A stretch of 32,000 bases of DNA from Candidatus Harpocratesius repetitus (GCA_021498095.1 JAIZWK010000001.1:30001-62000); one strand, 5' to 3'; counted from the first letter of the stretch, positions 19,377 to 29,190 are shown. Program-made: numbers and translations. The notes: generated from the sequence alone by a model not told the origin.

Positions 19377-21272
19377 TTACATCCCCAAATTAAAAAGGCG
19401 GAATACATGCTCGTAATCTTTTATTTCGGCTTTTATTTTTTCTCCTTTCAGCAGTTTGATTAAATTATCATAATCTTCCCACCATGATACAAAATTTATA
19501 TCAAATATATCTTGTTTAAAGGTGGTAGAATCGAAACTTACACCAAACGATTCACATATTCCAGCAGCGGTCTCAGCGTTGGTAAAACCGCACAAAATAA
19601 AAAAATCCTGCTCAAAATCGAGCACCTTCTCATACTGCCATGAAAATACGGGTACCTTAATCTTCGTATTTGCAGATTCATGCTGCAGAAACAGCATAAT
19701 CCGAAGGGGTTCGTTATTAAAATGATCGAAAATCCCTGGAAACTGCTGCTCAATTGCAGCTCGAATTTCGGGAACATTTAGATAAACCATACCTGACAGC
19801 AAATTTAGAAAATCGTTCCGCTCAAGCAGCGGGGTATATTTACCAATGATTTTGGCATTTTTTTGATACCATTTAATATATTTTCGGTCGACAGAATGAA
19901 TAATAGGCATATGCAGTCTGTTTCGGATGAATTCTGTATGGTCATCTTTGTTCTTTCCGTAAGGGATTTCAATTATAGTATTAGTTTTTTTATCTAAATG
20001 ACTTATATATTCACCTGCGTCTAATGTTTCGGTTATAAACGCAAAAAACTTATTTAATATGAATATTGTATCCGTATAGCCTGCACCTTTATATTCCTTT
20101 TTACTCATTATTTTTGATATCTGAATAGGATCTTTAAGATATGTCAAAAAGGTTTCATATAGCGAAGGATCATCTTTTCCGTATATCCTTTCCAAAATTT
20201 TCATTTTCTCCAGTATAAAGATAATTTCGATTTCGGAGTCGGCTTGAAATCTAAAAATATATTTATTGTCAAGATTTTCTGCGGTAGGCCAATCTAATTC
20301 TATTTTAATTATGCCTTTGTTTAAAAATGTTCTCGGAGTAAGATCCAGTTCCGTTTTAATTCTTACCAAGCATGGAGCGAATGCGCCTGAAAAAGGTAAT
20401 TTTATTTCTTGTTCATCATAATTTACGGCGAATTTCCTCCAAGATGAGCGCAAAAACTTTTCATTCACAGCATCCAATGCAGCTAAAGCGGATGAAAAAG
20501 ACCATGGTTTTAAAGATCCGTATTTAATTTTGGAAATTAATTTGGATTTCTTTGTGAAGAAAGATTTAGATGATTTGATATTTAAAAATTCTAATGCATC
20601 AAAGATCATAAATAGAAGACCATCCATTTCTATCATTTGATCTATCGTAAAAATAACCGGCTTTACCTTTTTAACATCATTTGGCGAAATTATATATGTT
20701 TTATCGGGGTCCAACAAATTTCCGTCATTTCCGGATTTTATTTGATACAATTTGTTGACAAAAAGCCAAATCCATTTATTTTCATCATTTGGTGAAAGAG
20801 GTCGAAAATTTAATGGTGATGAATAATCAAAATTTCCAAGGTCTTTACCAAGATCACTCACTGCCATGTATAAATTCGCCCAGTTTTGGGCAAATTTTTG
20901 ATGAATACTTCTTTCATCTTCTTTTTTTTCAGCAAAAAACATCTTTTTTACCAAATTTCTAAACGATGGTCTACCTTTTCTAGACGCTACTTTTCCATCA
21001 TTATCAGATATTCCGGCTTGTTCTAATCTTTCTTTCAATTTGAAATATTGAATGAAAAAACTACACATATCCCTTACATTTGTACCTTTAATGATATTAA
21101 AATCTCCCGCTGCAAGTTGAGAAATTTTATTAAAATCAGGTCGAATATCTGTACTTGCAATTCCTGCTGAAGAAGAAAGGAGATTAAACATAAATAACCT
21201 GATTATTGCAAATAGATGATAATAATCGGTTTGAATTTGTAATACATTTTTTCTGTTAATTGGATTTTCCAA
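19377..21272 (-). CDS. Hypothetical protein, at least 631 aa, start uncertain
   Basis: Long ORF with TTG start. The frame stays open 26 codons further upstream, into the IS terminal repeat. No motif recognised. Confidence 0.8.
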   Translation of the reverse strand: MENPINRKNVLQIQTDYYHLFAIIRLFMFNLLSSSAGIASTDIRPDFNKISQLAAGDFNIIKGTNVRDMCSFFIQYFKLKERLEQAGISDNDGKVASRKGRPSFRNLVKKMFFAEKKEDERSIHQKFAQNWANLYMAVSDLGKDLGNFDYSSPLNFRPLSPNDENKWIWLFVNKLYQIKSGNDGNLLDPDKTYIISPNDVKKVKPVIFTIDQMIEMDGLLFMIFDALEFLNIKSSKSFFTKKSKLISKIKYGSLKPWSFSSALAALDAVNEKFLRSSWRKFAVNYDEQEIKLPFSGAFAPCLVRIKTELDLTPRTFLNKGIIKIELDWPTAENLDNKYIFRFQADSEIEIIFILEKMKILERIYGKDDPSLYETFLTYLKDPIQISKIMSKKEYKGAGYTDTIFILNKFFAFITETLDAGEYISHLDKKTNTIIEIPYGKNKDDHTEFIRNRLHMPIIHSVDRKYIKWYQKNAKIIGKYTPLLERNDFLNLLSGMVYLNVPEIRAAIEQQFPGIFDHFNNEPLRIMLFLQHESANTKIKVPVFSWQYEKVLDFEQDFFILCGFTNAETAAGICESFGVSFDSTTFKQDIFDINFVSWWEDYDNLIKLLKGEKIKAEIKDYEHVFRLFNLGM

Positions 21273-21337
21273 TGCGGTTTGAAAATCAAATTTATTTCCA
21301 TAAACTCTTTTTAAATTTTTATAATTATTATAAGAAG

Positions 21338-22805
21338 TTTTGAGAATTTCTCAGTTCCCATGAATCACTTTTTTGTCTTTGATTTTTACTGCATTGCACT
21401 CACTTGACACGATGTTATAGCAGAAAGAGACTTTACAACGATTTGATATGAAATATTCACCCTTTTGAGTATTTTATCTAAGATTTTTGGTTCATCTCGA
21501 ATAATGAAATATGAAAGTAAAAGATCTTGCCACATTTCGATGGATCTTCTTCCGCGAAAATCAATAAATTTTTTAAGAGCACTAAACTCTTTTTCAACGA
21601 GGTTGGAGGTTATGTACATATTGTGAAATTGCTTGAGGATTGTGTTCATTGCGGCGGCCACCACATATGAACTTCCACCGAGAGCTTTAATCCGACCTCT
21701 CTTTTTATCATGGTTGAAAACATGAACGTCCCACTCCTTTTTATTTGTTTTTCCGGAAGGTCTTCCTCGAGGTTTCCGATTTTCGAGTTTCTTTTTCTTT
21801 TCTGCTTCGATAACGTGCTTTGGACGGTTTTTACTTCCTTTCTTTCTACCACGTTTTTTCTTTCCTAAACTTTCTTTACTTGTTTTCACCTGACCTATAA
21901 ACCAACCTCCGATTGCTGTAATTTCATTAGTAGTTTGAAAGGTAGTTTTAGTTACATGAAACTGATCATAGGAATAGATTTCAACGGTAATTCTCCCGTA
22001 TGGAGGTTTATGAATGTGTCTGATATGGGTAAGATTCTGTTTCAATTCTCTTGCAACCCCCACATAAGCAAGAAATCCATCCGATACGAGTAGTTCAAGT
22101 GGATAAAGAAGACGATCTGCACAGTCCTTTACTATTTCAAGGATTTTTTCTTTGGTTCGTTTTTTAACGAGCTCTACCGCCATAATTTTGTTATTTCCAC
22201 TAACAACAACTATCAAATACCACGTTTTCTTCCCAATATTAAGAAATGTTTCATCTATAAATAAGCTGTTGCTCCTACGTCTTATATTTTTGAAGGTTTT
22301 CTTGCGTTTTGTCGATTTTGAAACCATTGTTATGATTTGTAGTAATAGCCGTGAAAGTGTTGATTTGTTCAATTTCAGCCTTCTTGATAATGCTTTGATG
22401 TTTTAGCGACCTCTTTTTAAGGGTTGGGAAATTGTTGACCGTATTTCGCGTTTTAGGTTTTTGAAAAACTTACTCGTATGAGGATAGAAAGATTTCCCAC
22501 ATGTAGTACACAGGATTTGTTGAGGAGCCCCTTTAACACTCGTATCATGACCGTTATACCTCAAATCCTGTTTCTTTCCTTTTTCTTTTTGATTAGGACA
22601 ACATATTTCGATATAATCCATAATTTCGTTTAAACCAAGAGTGATGGTTATTGGTATTTGCCACATATCAGGTTGTAAAGTGGCAATCTTACAAGCTTGG
22701 GACATATTTAGTTAAGGTAAGAGTCAAAACAATAAAAAAGTATCATTTTCACCCAAGATAACCCCGGGATTTTTGTTGGTCATGGGAAATGAGAAATTGT
22801 CAAAA
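21338..22805 (-). mobile_element. Insertion sequence, 1468 bp, IS6/IS1-like DDE transposase, 26-bp TIRs
   Basis: TIRs TTTTGAGAATTTCTCAGTTCCCATGA (21338-21363) and TCATGGGAAATGAGAAATTGTCAAAA (22780-22805) match 24/26. No target-site duplication seen. Confidence 0.85.
21386..22705 (-). pseudogene. Transposase with Zn ribbon + HTH + DDE, split by an in-frame TAA at 22403-22405
   Basis: CCPN...NGHD...ILCTTCGKSF Zn ribbon, then KRGR*NIKALSRRL in the same frame, then LFIDETF, LVSDGFLAY and NLVEKEFSALK. Confidence 0.85.
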
Positions 22806-22835
22806 AAAGAAAATAAAAAATAAATTTGTCTTATA

Positions 22836-23921
22836 TTATCGCCGTTTTTTTATATATATTATCATTATCGCAATAAACGAAATTCCAATCAAAATTCCTT
22901 GAGAATAACCAGGAATATTGTCAAAAGGAGAAGATTGAGTATCGTCAGTAGCAGTATCATCTGTTGCAGTATCATCAGTTGCAGTATCATCAGTTGCAGT
23001 ATCATCAGTTGCAGTATCATCAGTTGCAGTATCATCAGTTGTTGTATCATCTCCATTTTGAGATCCTGGATAATCATTAGCATCTAAGGGATTTGACCCT
23101 GAAAGAATTTCAACTCCATCACCATAACCATCACCATCTGTATCGATCACAAGAGGATCTGTACCATATTTAATCTCAAATCCATCAAGTAAATTGTTTT
23201 GAATGTATTGATAAGGTCCTGTTCCGATAAGGATATCTGTGGTCGTATTTAATAAGTCATTATATGGATAACCAGCATCACTTGGCAAGATATATGAGCC
23301 GGAAAAACACAAAAGTGGAATAAACGACATAAATGGATAATTCAATTTGAATGTTACCTGGTATTGATTATCAACAATTGTTTCGTTTATTAAAAGAGGA
23401 GTCTCAGGATATTCCTCAGCTAAAGGTTCATATAAACTGCTTATTTGCACATATTGTGCATTAATTAAGTTATTTAAGCGATCAAAAGACCACTTTACAT
23501 CATCAGCGGTAAAAGCAGAGCCATCATGAAATGTAACTCCTTGTTTTAATGGTACTGTAAATGTTTTTCCATCTGGACTCCAAGACCCCATATTTTCCGC
23601 AAGAACTGGAATTATAGACAGTTCTGGATCAGATAAATTATAAGCGAACAATCCTTCACAAACCTGATCGATTATCCTAATTGAAGCTGAATCCCATGCT
23701 TGATGAGGATCCAAATCAAAAATTAAACTCCCCACACCATAATTCAAATATGTTCCTGGAATAATACTTTGTGTTTTCGGATTATATGATTTATAATACG
23801 ATGTTTTTGTAGAAAAATAGGAGTTAACTCTCATTGATAAGGTAAATACTGTTAAAATCAAAAAAATACTTAAAAATTCTTTGATTTTTTTATGTTTGTG
23901 CATTTTTCTTTTCCACCCCAT
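22836..23921 (-). CDS. Internally deleted paralog of the family-5 solute-binding surface protein, 361 aa
   Basis: Aligns to the N-terminal ~235 aa of 12953-15205 up to GTGPYQY, then joins in frame to NLLDGFE...DTDGDGYGDG..., a TDDTA linker and IPGY-TM-KKRR. Confidence 0.85.
   Translation of the reverse strand: MGWKRKMHKHKKIKEFLSIFLILTVFTLSMRVNSYFSTKTSYYKSYNPKTQSIIPGTYLNYGVGSLIFDLDPHQAWDSASIRIIDQVCEGLFAYNLSDPELSIIPVLAENMGSWSPDGKTFTVPLKQGVTFHDGSAFTADDVKWSFDRLNNLINAQYVQISSLYEPLAEEYPETPLLINETIVDNQYQVTFKLNYPFMSFIPLLCFSGSYILPSDAGYPYNDLLNTTTDILIGTGPYQYIQNNLLDGFEIKYGTDPLVIDTDGDGYGDGVEILSGSNPLDANDYPGSQNGDDTTTDDTATDDTATDDTATDDTATDDTATDDTATDDTQSSPFDNIPGYSQGILIGISFIAIMIIYIKKRR
22951..23040. repeat. 15-bp tandem repeat x6 encoding (TDDTA)6
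   Basis: Five perfect GCAGTATCATCAGTT units (22966-23040) plus one unit with a single mismatch (22951-22965). Confidence 0.95.
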
Positions 23922-24373
23922 TTGTTAATAGGTTATTGTAGATTTCAAAAAATAGAAGGAAATCCGAAAATATTGCATCGATTATTCACAAAACCCAAAT
24001 CTATCCCATTTTTAAATTTGTCGAAACATCGTTTAAGAAAAATATATATAATTAAGTCAATAATTCAAAGAAAAATGATGGAAATGTGAAATTTTTGACC
24101 GCATTTAAGGGTTTAAAAATGCCGACTCAAATAGTAATTGGATGCACGGGAGTATTGTCGAAAATATTGGCCCAAAAGATAGAATTTGATTAAGATAAAA
24201 AAAATTGCTAGAGCCTCTTAAGATGCTCTTTTTTGATTTTCACGGAAGAAATGTCAGATTGTCCAATGACAATGAAATATAACCAATTTCATCTATGAAA
24301 ATTAGAGCACAAAACCATATTGATTTTGACAAATAAATATGTTTCTTACTGTTTTGTATATTATATAAATAAC

Positions 24374-24502
24374 TATAAAAAAAAATTAATTAATAGAAAT
24401 ACTGCTCAATTATAAAGAGCACTTCAGGTTTCTTTCATGTAAGGGGGACAACTTAAATAATCTTAACGCAAACTCGTATAAAATTGGTTTCTTAGGTAGA
24501 AT
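24374..24502 (+). repeat. ~128-bp inverted repeat, left copy
   Basis: Reverse complement of 30845-30971 at about 90% identity (12 substitutions plus a 2-nt poly-A indel by hand count). Shared core TTTCTTTCATGTAAGGGGGACAACTTAAATAAT. Confidence 0.9.
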
Positions 24503-24579
24503 TTTATGAAAAGTAAATCCTTAACTCAACTTTTTTCTCATAGAATTTCTTTCTTTTACTTTTCAATTTTCTTATCTTC

Positions 24580-26928
24580 CTAATTTTCCATAATTCCTCT
24601 AGCCAAAGATTTTTGCTGTAGAAAACTTAACTGAGGAGTGATCGAAATCCAAACGGTTAAAAAGGTAAACCCGAGTAAAATCAAATAATTAGCAATTTTG
24701 AAGTATGCATCGATTTTAAAGAATATGGAAGATAAAAGATTTAGAAGATAAATTTCAAAAATATTTCCTCCGATATATCCAAAAACAAGCGATATCAAGG
24801 CCAATAAACCCAATTCAATTATTATTTGAATAATAACTTGAAATTTTGAGAATCCAAATATTCTTTGTAAAGAATATTCCCGTTCCCGCTCTAGAATAAT
24901 AATAGTAGCTGTAGAAAAGATTGAAAGAAAGGAAATATTAAATCCTAAGATAGCCATAACCTCCACTACCAAAGTTTGGGTAGAGATAATGACATTCATC
25001 CGTTTCTCAAGTGTGGAAGATTGGACTGCAAGTGAAATCGAATCTTGCATGTTTAAATAACTTAGTACATCTTTCTCTTGCCCTTCTTCAGTTAAGGCGA
25101 CCATTCCATTAATTGGCATAAATCCGAGTACTTCTTCGAGATAAGGTAATTGAATATAAATGGATAAGGGAGTTGCCATATCTCGGGCTAAACCTACAAC
25201 AGTAAAATTAATTTGCTTAAATTGAAAAACAAAACTAAATTTATCTCCAACAGAATAACCTAAATGTTCTGCTAAATATTGAGACATTATGCATTCTGAT
25301 GAATTAGAAGAAGAAAATGTAGATCCTTCTTGTAGATCAATCCACATCAATTCTGAGTCTGCAACAATTCCAACTACCATAGCAAGCTTATTATAATGTT
25401 CATAAGGTTGAATATATGTCTCTAATATAGGTTCAGCTTCTTCTATTCCTTCATACTTACTAAGATTATCAAAAATTGTCTCATTAAAATCATAATTAGT
25501 AAACACACCTTTAATATCCCACTGAATATGTTGAAAATATTCATCTTGGGTTTGATTAAGATTAGTTTGTACAGCCATTAATGAGAAAGACAATATTACT
25601 GAAAAACAAAAAGCTAGAGCTGTAAAAATACTTCGTAAACGATTTCGTGAAATATTTCGTATTGCTAATTTTCCTTGAAGGGGTAATTTTTGAATAAAAT
25701 GATCAAGAAATTTTCGAGGTTTCATCTCAAACTCTTTCTTTTTACCCCTAATAGCTTCATAGGGAGTAAGCGAAACATTTTCTTTTGCAGCTAAATAAGT
25801 AAAGAATAAAGAAATAGTACAAGCCAAAGCAAGGACTTCAATAATTGCAAGATTTGAAAATGAAGGATAAACAACTATAAACCCCCATTGAGAACCAAGA
25901 AAACTTGAGAGGTAATTTAATAGAAACCAAGAAAGAACAATACCTGATACAATTGCAATAAATAAAAGAACAAGAGTACGGAGAAGAAAAGCTTTCATAA
26001 TCTGCTGAGAAGAAAAACCAAATGAATAGAGCATTCCGGTTTGTTTTCTTTGTTCTACAGCATAACGTTTAGTAATAATATAGATTACCAATCCTATAAT
26101 AATAATAATTTGTACAACAGCGATATTTAGATATTTAGAAGTAAGATTAAGAGTATCAGACAAAGCAGCATTCAATCCATTTTCTAAAGTATGCCATTGT
26201 ACAGTGTATGGAATATTGTGTATTACAAATTCATCCCGTAATGCTTCTGAACATGAAAGAATTTCATCGTTGCGAATATTAGTTGAAAAAAAGATAAGAA
26301 TATCATTTATTAGAGGAGCAGGAAGATCAAAAAGTGTACGAAAATCAGCTTCCTCAATATAAACAAGCCCTTCTTGAGAAAGATCATAGCTTAATCCATC
26401 TATTGCTTCAACAATCCCTTCGACAGAATAATTCTTAAGTTCTCCATGATCAAATAAAAATAGAGAATCACCAATTGTTACATTTAGATGTTCTGCAAAA
26501 GATTTGATGATTATTGCTTCATTTCTTGAAATATTCCATCTTCCTTCTTGCATTTTAATTTTATTCAATTTTAATTCTTCTTCAGGATTAATTCCAACAA
26601 CATTTAATTGATACCATTCTTCTTCATGAAATAACTTAGTTTTTGATATCAGGCGTGAAGCAATAACATCGGGGTATTTACTTAATGTATCCTCGATTGT
26701 CTTATTAATCAAATCTATAGTTGACGGGGTTGTGCCCGTAAATCGGATGTCTAGTTGTGCTAATTTATATTCTTTATTATTTCTATTAATTGAATATTCC
26801 ATTGAAGGTGCAGTGGATAAAAGAGCAATTGGAAAAGCAATAACAATTAAGAGAGAAATATATGTGATAAATGAGCGAGAAAAGTTAAAGTATAAATCAC
26901 GAAATACTGCTTTATAGATTTTTTGCAT
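24580..26928 (-). CDS. ABC transporter permease, FtsX/MacB-like, duplicated architecture
   Basis: Two MacB-periplasmic + FtsX halves. EQRKQTGMLYSFGFSSQQI and EREREYSLQRIFGFSK motifs. Confidence 0.9.
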   Translation of the reverse strand: MQKIYKAVFRDLYFNFSRSFITYISLLIVIAFPIALLSTAPSMEYSINRNNKEYKLAQLDIRFTGTTPSTIDLINKTIEDTLSKYPDVIASRLISKTKLFHEEEWYQLNVVGINPEEELKLNKIKMQEGRWNISRNEAIIIKSFAEHLNVTIGDSLFLFDHGELKNYSVEGIVEAIDGLSYDLSQEGLVYIEEADFRTLFDLPAPLINDILIFFSTNIRNDEILSCSEALRDEFVIHNIPYTVQWHTLENGLNAALSDTLNLTSKYLNIAVVQIIIIIGLVIYIITKRYAVEQRKQTGMLYSFGFSSQQIMKAFLLRTLVLLFIAIVSGIVLSWFLLNYLSSFLGSQWGFIVVYPSFSNLAIIEVLALACTISLFFTYLAAKENVSLTPYEAIRGKKKEFEMKPRKFLDHFIQKLPLQGKLAIRNISRNRLRSIFTALAFCFSVILSFSLMAVQTNLNQTQDEYFQHIQWDIKGVFTNYDFNETIFDNLSKYEGIEEAEPILETYIQPYEHYNKLAMVVGIVADSELMWIDLQEGSTFSSSNSSECIMSQYLAEHLGYSVGDKFSFVFQFKQINFTVVGLARDMATPLSIYIQLPYLEEVLGFMPINGMVALTEEGQEKDVLSYLNMQDSISLAVQSSTLEKRMNVIISTQTLVVEVMAILGFNISFLSIFSTATIIILEREREYSLQRIFGFSKFQVIIQIIIELGLLALISLVFGYIGGNIFEIYLLNLLSSIFFKIDAYFKIANYLILLGFTFLTVWISITPQLSFLQQKSLARGIMEN

Positions 26929-27668
26929 TAATTTATCGCCTCGATTTTTTCATAGTTTATAGAATCTGAAACAATCGCACCAGAACGCAATTCAATTATT
27001 CGATCAGCATATTTAACCATTGTTGGATCATGAGTTACTAAAATAACAGTAATTTTTCGTTCTTTTGCAATTCTTTGAATTAGTGCTACTATTTTTTCTC
27101 CAGTTTTCTGATCAAGTTGACCTGTTGGTTCATCAACTAGAAGAATATCAGGATTTTTTGCAAGGGCACGAGCAATAGCGACTCTCTGTCTTTCTCCTCC
27201 TGAAAGTTGTGATGGAAAATTATGAATTCTATCTTTTAATTCGACCATTTCTAAATATTGTTCCGCTTCTTCATGAATATGCTTTTTTCCACCATTTATT
27301 GAATATTTTTTCATTAATTCCATAGTTAATTCCACATTTTCTCGCGCTGTAAGTGTAGGTATTAACGAATAAAATTGGAATACAAAAGATAGACGTTTTT
27401 TGCGATATTTTGTCAATTTTGCAGATGAAAACTGTGAAATTTCTTCCCCACATACGATTATTGAGCCATTAGTAGCAGAATCGATTCCCCCAATCAAGTT
27501 TAAAAGAGTTGTTTTTCCAGAACCGGATGGACCCATAACAAAAACTACTTGCTCAGGAGGAATTTCAAATGAAACTTTATCTAGTGCTTTAACTTGAAAC
27601 TCACCAAGTTGGTAAATTTTACTTAATTGAGAAATTTTAATAATTGGTTCATTTTGCTTGTTTGACAT
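26928..27668 (-). CDS. ABC transporter ATP-binding protein (LolD/MacB type)
   Basis: Walker [32 protein letters not shown] and VTHD. TAATG overlap with the permease. Confidence 0.95.
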   Translation of the reverse strand: MSNKQNEPIIKISQLSKIYQLGEFQVKALDKVSFEIPPEQVVFVMGPSGSGKTTLLNLIGGIDSATNGSIIVCGEEISQFSSAKLTKYRKKRLSFVFQFYSLIPTLTARENVELTMELMKKYSINGGKKHIHEEAEQYLEMVELKDRIHNFPSQLSGGERQRVAIARALAKNPDILLVDEPTGQLDQKTGEKIVALIQRIAKERKITVILVTHDPTMVKYADRIIELRSGAIVSDSINYEKIEAIN

Positions 27669-27866
27669 ATTCTATCCACATATTTTTCTATCTTTACTTA
27701 ATGATGATTATCGCTTCTCTTTATAATCTTAGAAATTATCTATTTCTATAGAGAAAGAATTATTAAAAAAATATTAGAGTGAATATTAAAAAATATTTCG
27801 AAATCCGAAATATTTGAATTTCTAACTATTCGAAAAGTTAAATATATAATTATCCTTTGTAACTTA

Positions 27867-28355
27867 ATGAAATTAAAAGATTCTAAACATGATGAAGTAG
27901 TTGCATCTTTTATCACTTTTATGCAAAATATACGGGAGTTATTATCGAAAAATCGTCCTAGACTTCTCAAATTTATTAATAAACAAGGCTTGCTTTTTCA
28001 TAAAGATCCTTTTGGTAAAACATACAATGCAATCATCTTTATTGGAAAGCATGGCAAATGCAAGATGAAAGAATATGCTGAATTCTTCCACCTCAGCCCA
28101 GGTACGGCAACAGGAAGCGTAAGTACATTGATTAAAAGAGGATTTGTTCAAAGAGCAAATAAATCTTCAGATAGACGTGTAGTAGAGATAGAACTTACAA
28201 AAAAAGGAAAATTAATTTATGATAAGGGGATGGAGTTTCAAGAAAAAGAAATAAAAGAGATTTTAGATGTTCTCACTCATGAAGAAATGGAAAGTTTAAT
28301 CAATATTCTTCATAAATTGAATTATTCATTTGATCTATTCACAGATAAAAAATAA
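27867..28355 (+). CDS. MarR-family transcriptional regulator
   Basis: MKEYAEFFHLSPGTATGSVSTLIKRGFVQR...DRRVVEIELTKKG wHTH. Divergent from the ABC operon. Confidence 0.9.
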   Translation: MKLKDSKHDEVVASFITFMQNIRELLSKNRPRLLKFINKQGLLFHKDPFGKTYNAIIFIGKHGKCKMKEYAEFFHLSPGTATGSVSTLIKRGFVQRANKSSDRRVVEIELTKKGKLIYDKGMEFQEKEIKEILDVLTHEEMESLINILHKLNYSFDLFTDKK

Positions 28356-28386
28356 GTATTATTTTAAGAAAAGAGTAAAGAGAAAG

Positions 28387-29190
28387 ATGAATGAAATTAT
28401 CTCACCACAATTCAGAAAGAAATTAGTTTCATGGTTGAAATCATTCAAATTAAGTGATATTGATCTTACAATAATTATTACTGCATTTACCCATCCATCC
28501 CATAAAGGATTGGACCCAAACGCTGAAGATTATGAACGTCTGGAATTTCTAGGAGATGCAGTTCTCGATTTAGTCACTGCTGAAGAACTTATAAAAGCAA
28601 GCAGAGAAAAAGAGGGATTGTTGACAGAACATCGAAAACAAATAGTAAATAACGAATATTTGGCTCAAATATTCGATAGATTGAAGATTAAGAGTTTTAT
28701 TCGAACTGCAGTAAATTATACTCCATCAATTAAAGATAAGGCAAATTTTCTTGAAGCGTTTTTTGGAGCCATTTTTTTAAAATTTGGATATCCAAAATGT
28801 GTATCAGTTTGGAAAATAATTCAAGCAAAAATGGGAAAGATACCTAAGAAAATACCAGAACCACCGTTATCCCCTGAAGAGGTAGAAAATAAAGCTCAAA
28901 ATCAAATTTTCTATAAATCTTTGGGATTAACTCCGAAAAACGCAAAATCTATGTTACAAGAATTATGTCAGAAACAAGGATTAGAAATTCCAAAATACAC
29001 TTTAATTGAACAGTCAGGACCGGACCACAATCCTCTATTTAGGGTCAAGGTTTCTGCAGTATTATTTACTGGACCGCAAAAATGGGTGAGAACGGCAATA
29101 GGAGAAGGAACGAATAAAAAAACTGCCGAAATCAATGCAGCAGAACGTCTTTGCGATCAAATCTTTTTAGAATATATTCCAATGTCGTAA
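28387..29190 (+). CDS. rnc: Ribonuclease III (RNase III domain + dsRNA-binding domain)
   Basis: AFTHPSH, YERLEFLGDAV signature, ANFLEAFFGAI, and dsRBD NAKSMLQELCQK...GPDHNPLFRVKV...GEGTNKKTAEINAAE. ATG 28387 is preferred over 28330, which overlaps MarR. Confidence 0.93.
   Translation: MNEIISPQFRKKLVSWLKSFKLSDIDLTIIITAFTHPSHKGLDPNAEDYERLEFLGDAVLDLVTAEELIKASREKEGLLTEHRKQIVNNEYLAQIFDRLKIKSFIRTAVNYTPSIKDKANFLEAFFGAIFLKFGYPKCVSVWKIIQAKMGKIPKKIPEPPLSPEEVENKAQNQIFYKSLGLTPKNAKSMLQELCQKQGLEIPKYTLIEQSGPDHNPLFRVKVSAVLFTGPQKWVRTAIGEGTNKKTAEINAAERLCDQIFLEYIPMS

Noticed and set aside
13135-19777. Short ORFs overlapping the SBP, beta-helix, 332-aa and 631-aa genes (e.g. 16316-16723, 18956-19309, 18826-19119, 19538-19777)
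   Set aside because: They overlap longer, better-supported genes and have the composition of antisense or shifted frames.
19377-21272. Cas8/Cas10-like or nuclease assignment for the 631-aa protein
   Set aside because: No diagnostic motif, no other cas genes and no array in the window.
22951-23040. CRISPR array
   Set aside because: Head-to-tail 15-bp units without spacers, in frame within a CDS, and no cas genes.
22889-23087. Repetitive ORFs MILQL-n and SIISC-n
   Set aside because: Alternate frames of the 15-bp TDDTA tandem repeat.
24090-24373. Extension of the inverted repeat as a decayed homolog of ORF 30972-31343
   Set aside because: Only a weak KxxW-hydrophobic resemblance, and spacing to later residues does not align.
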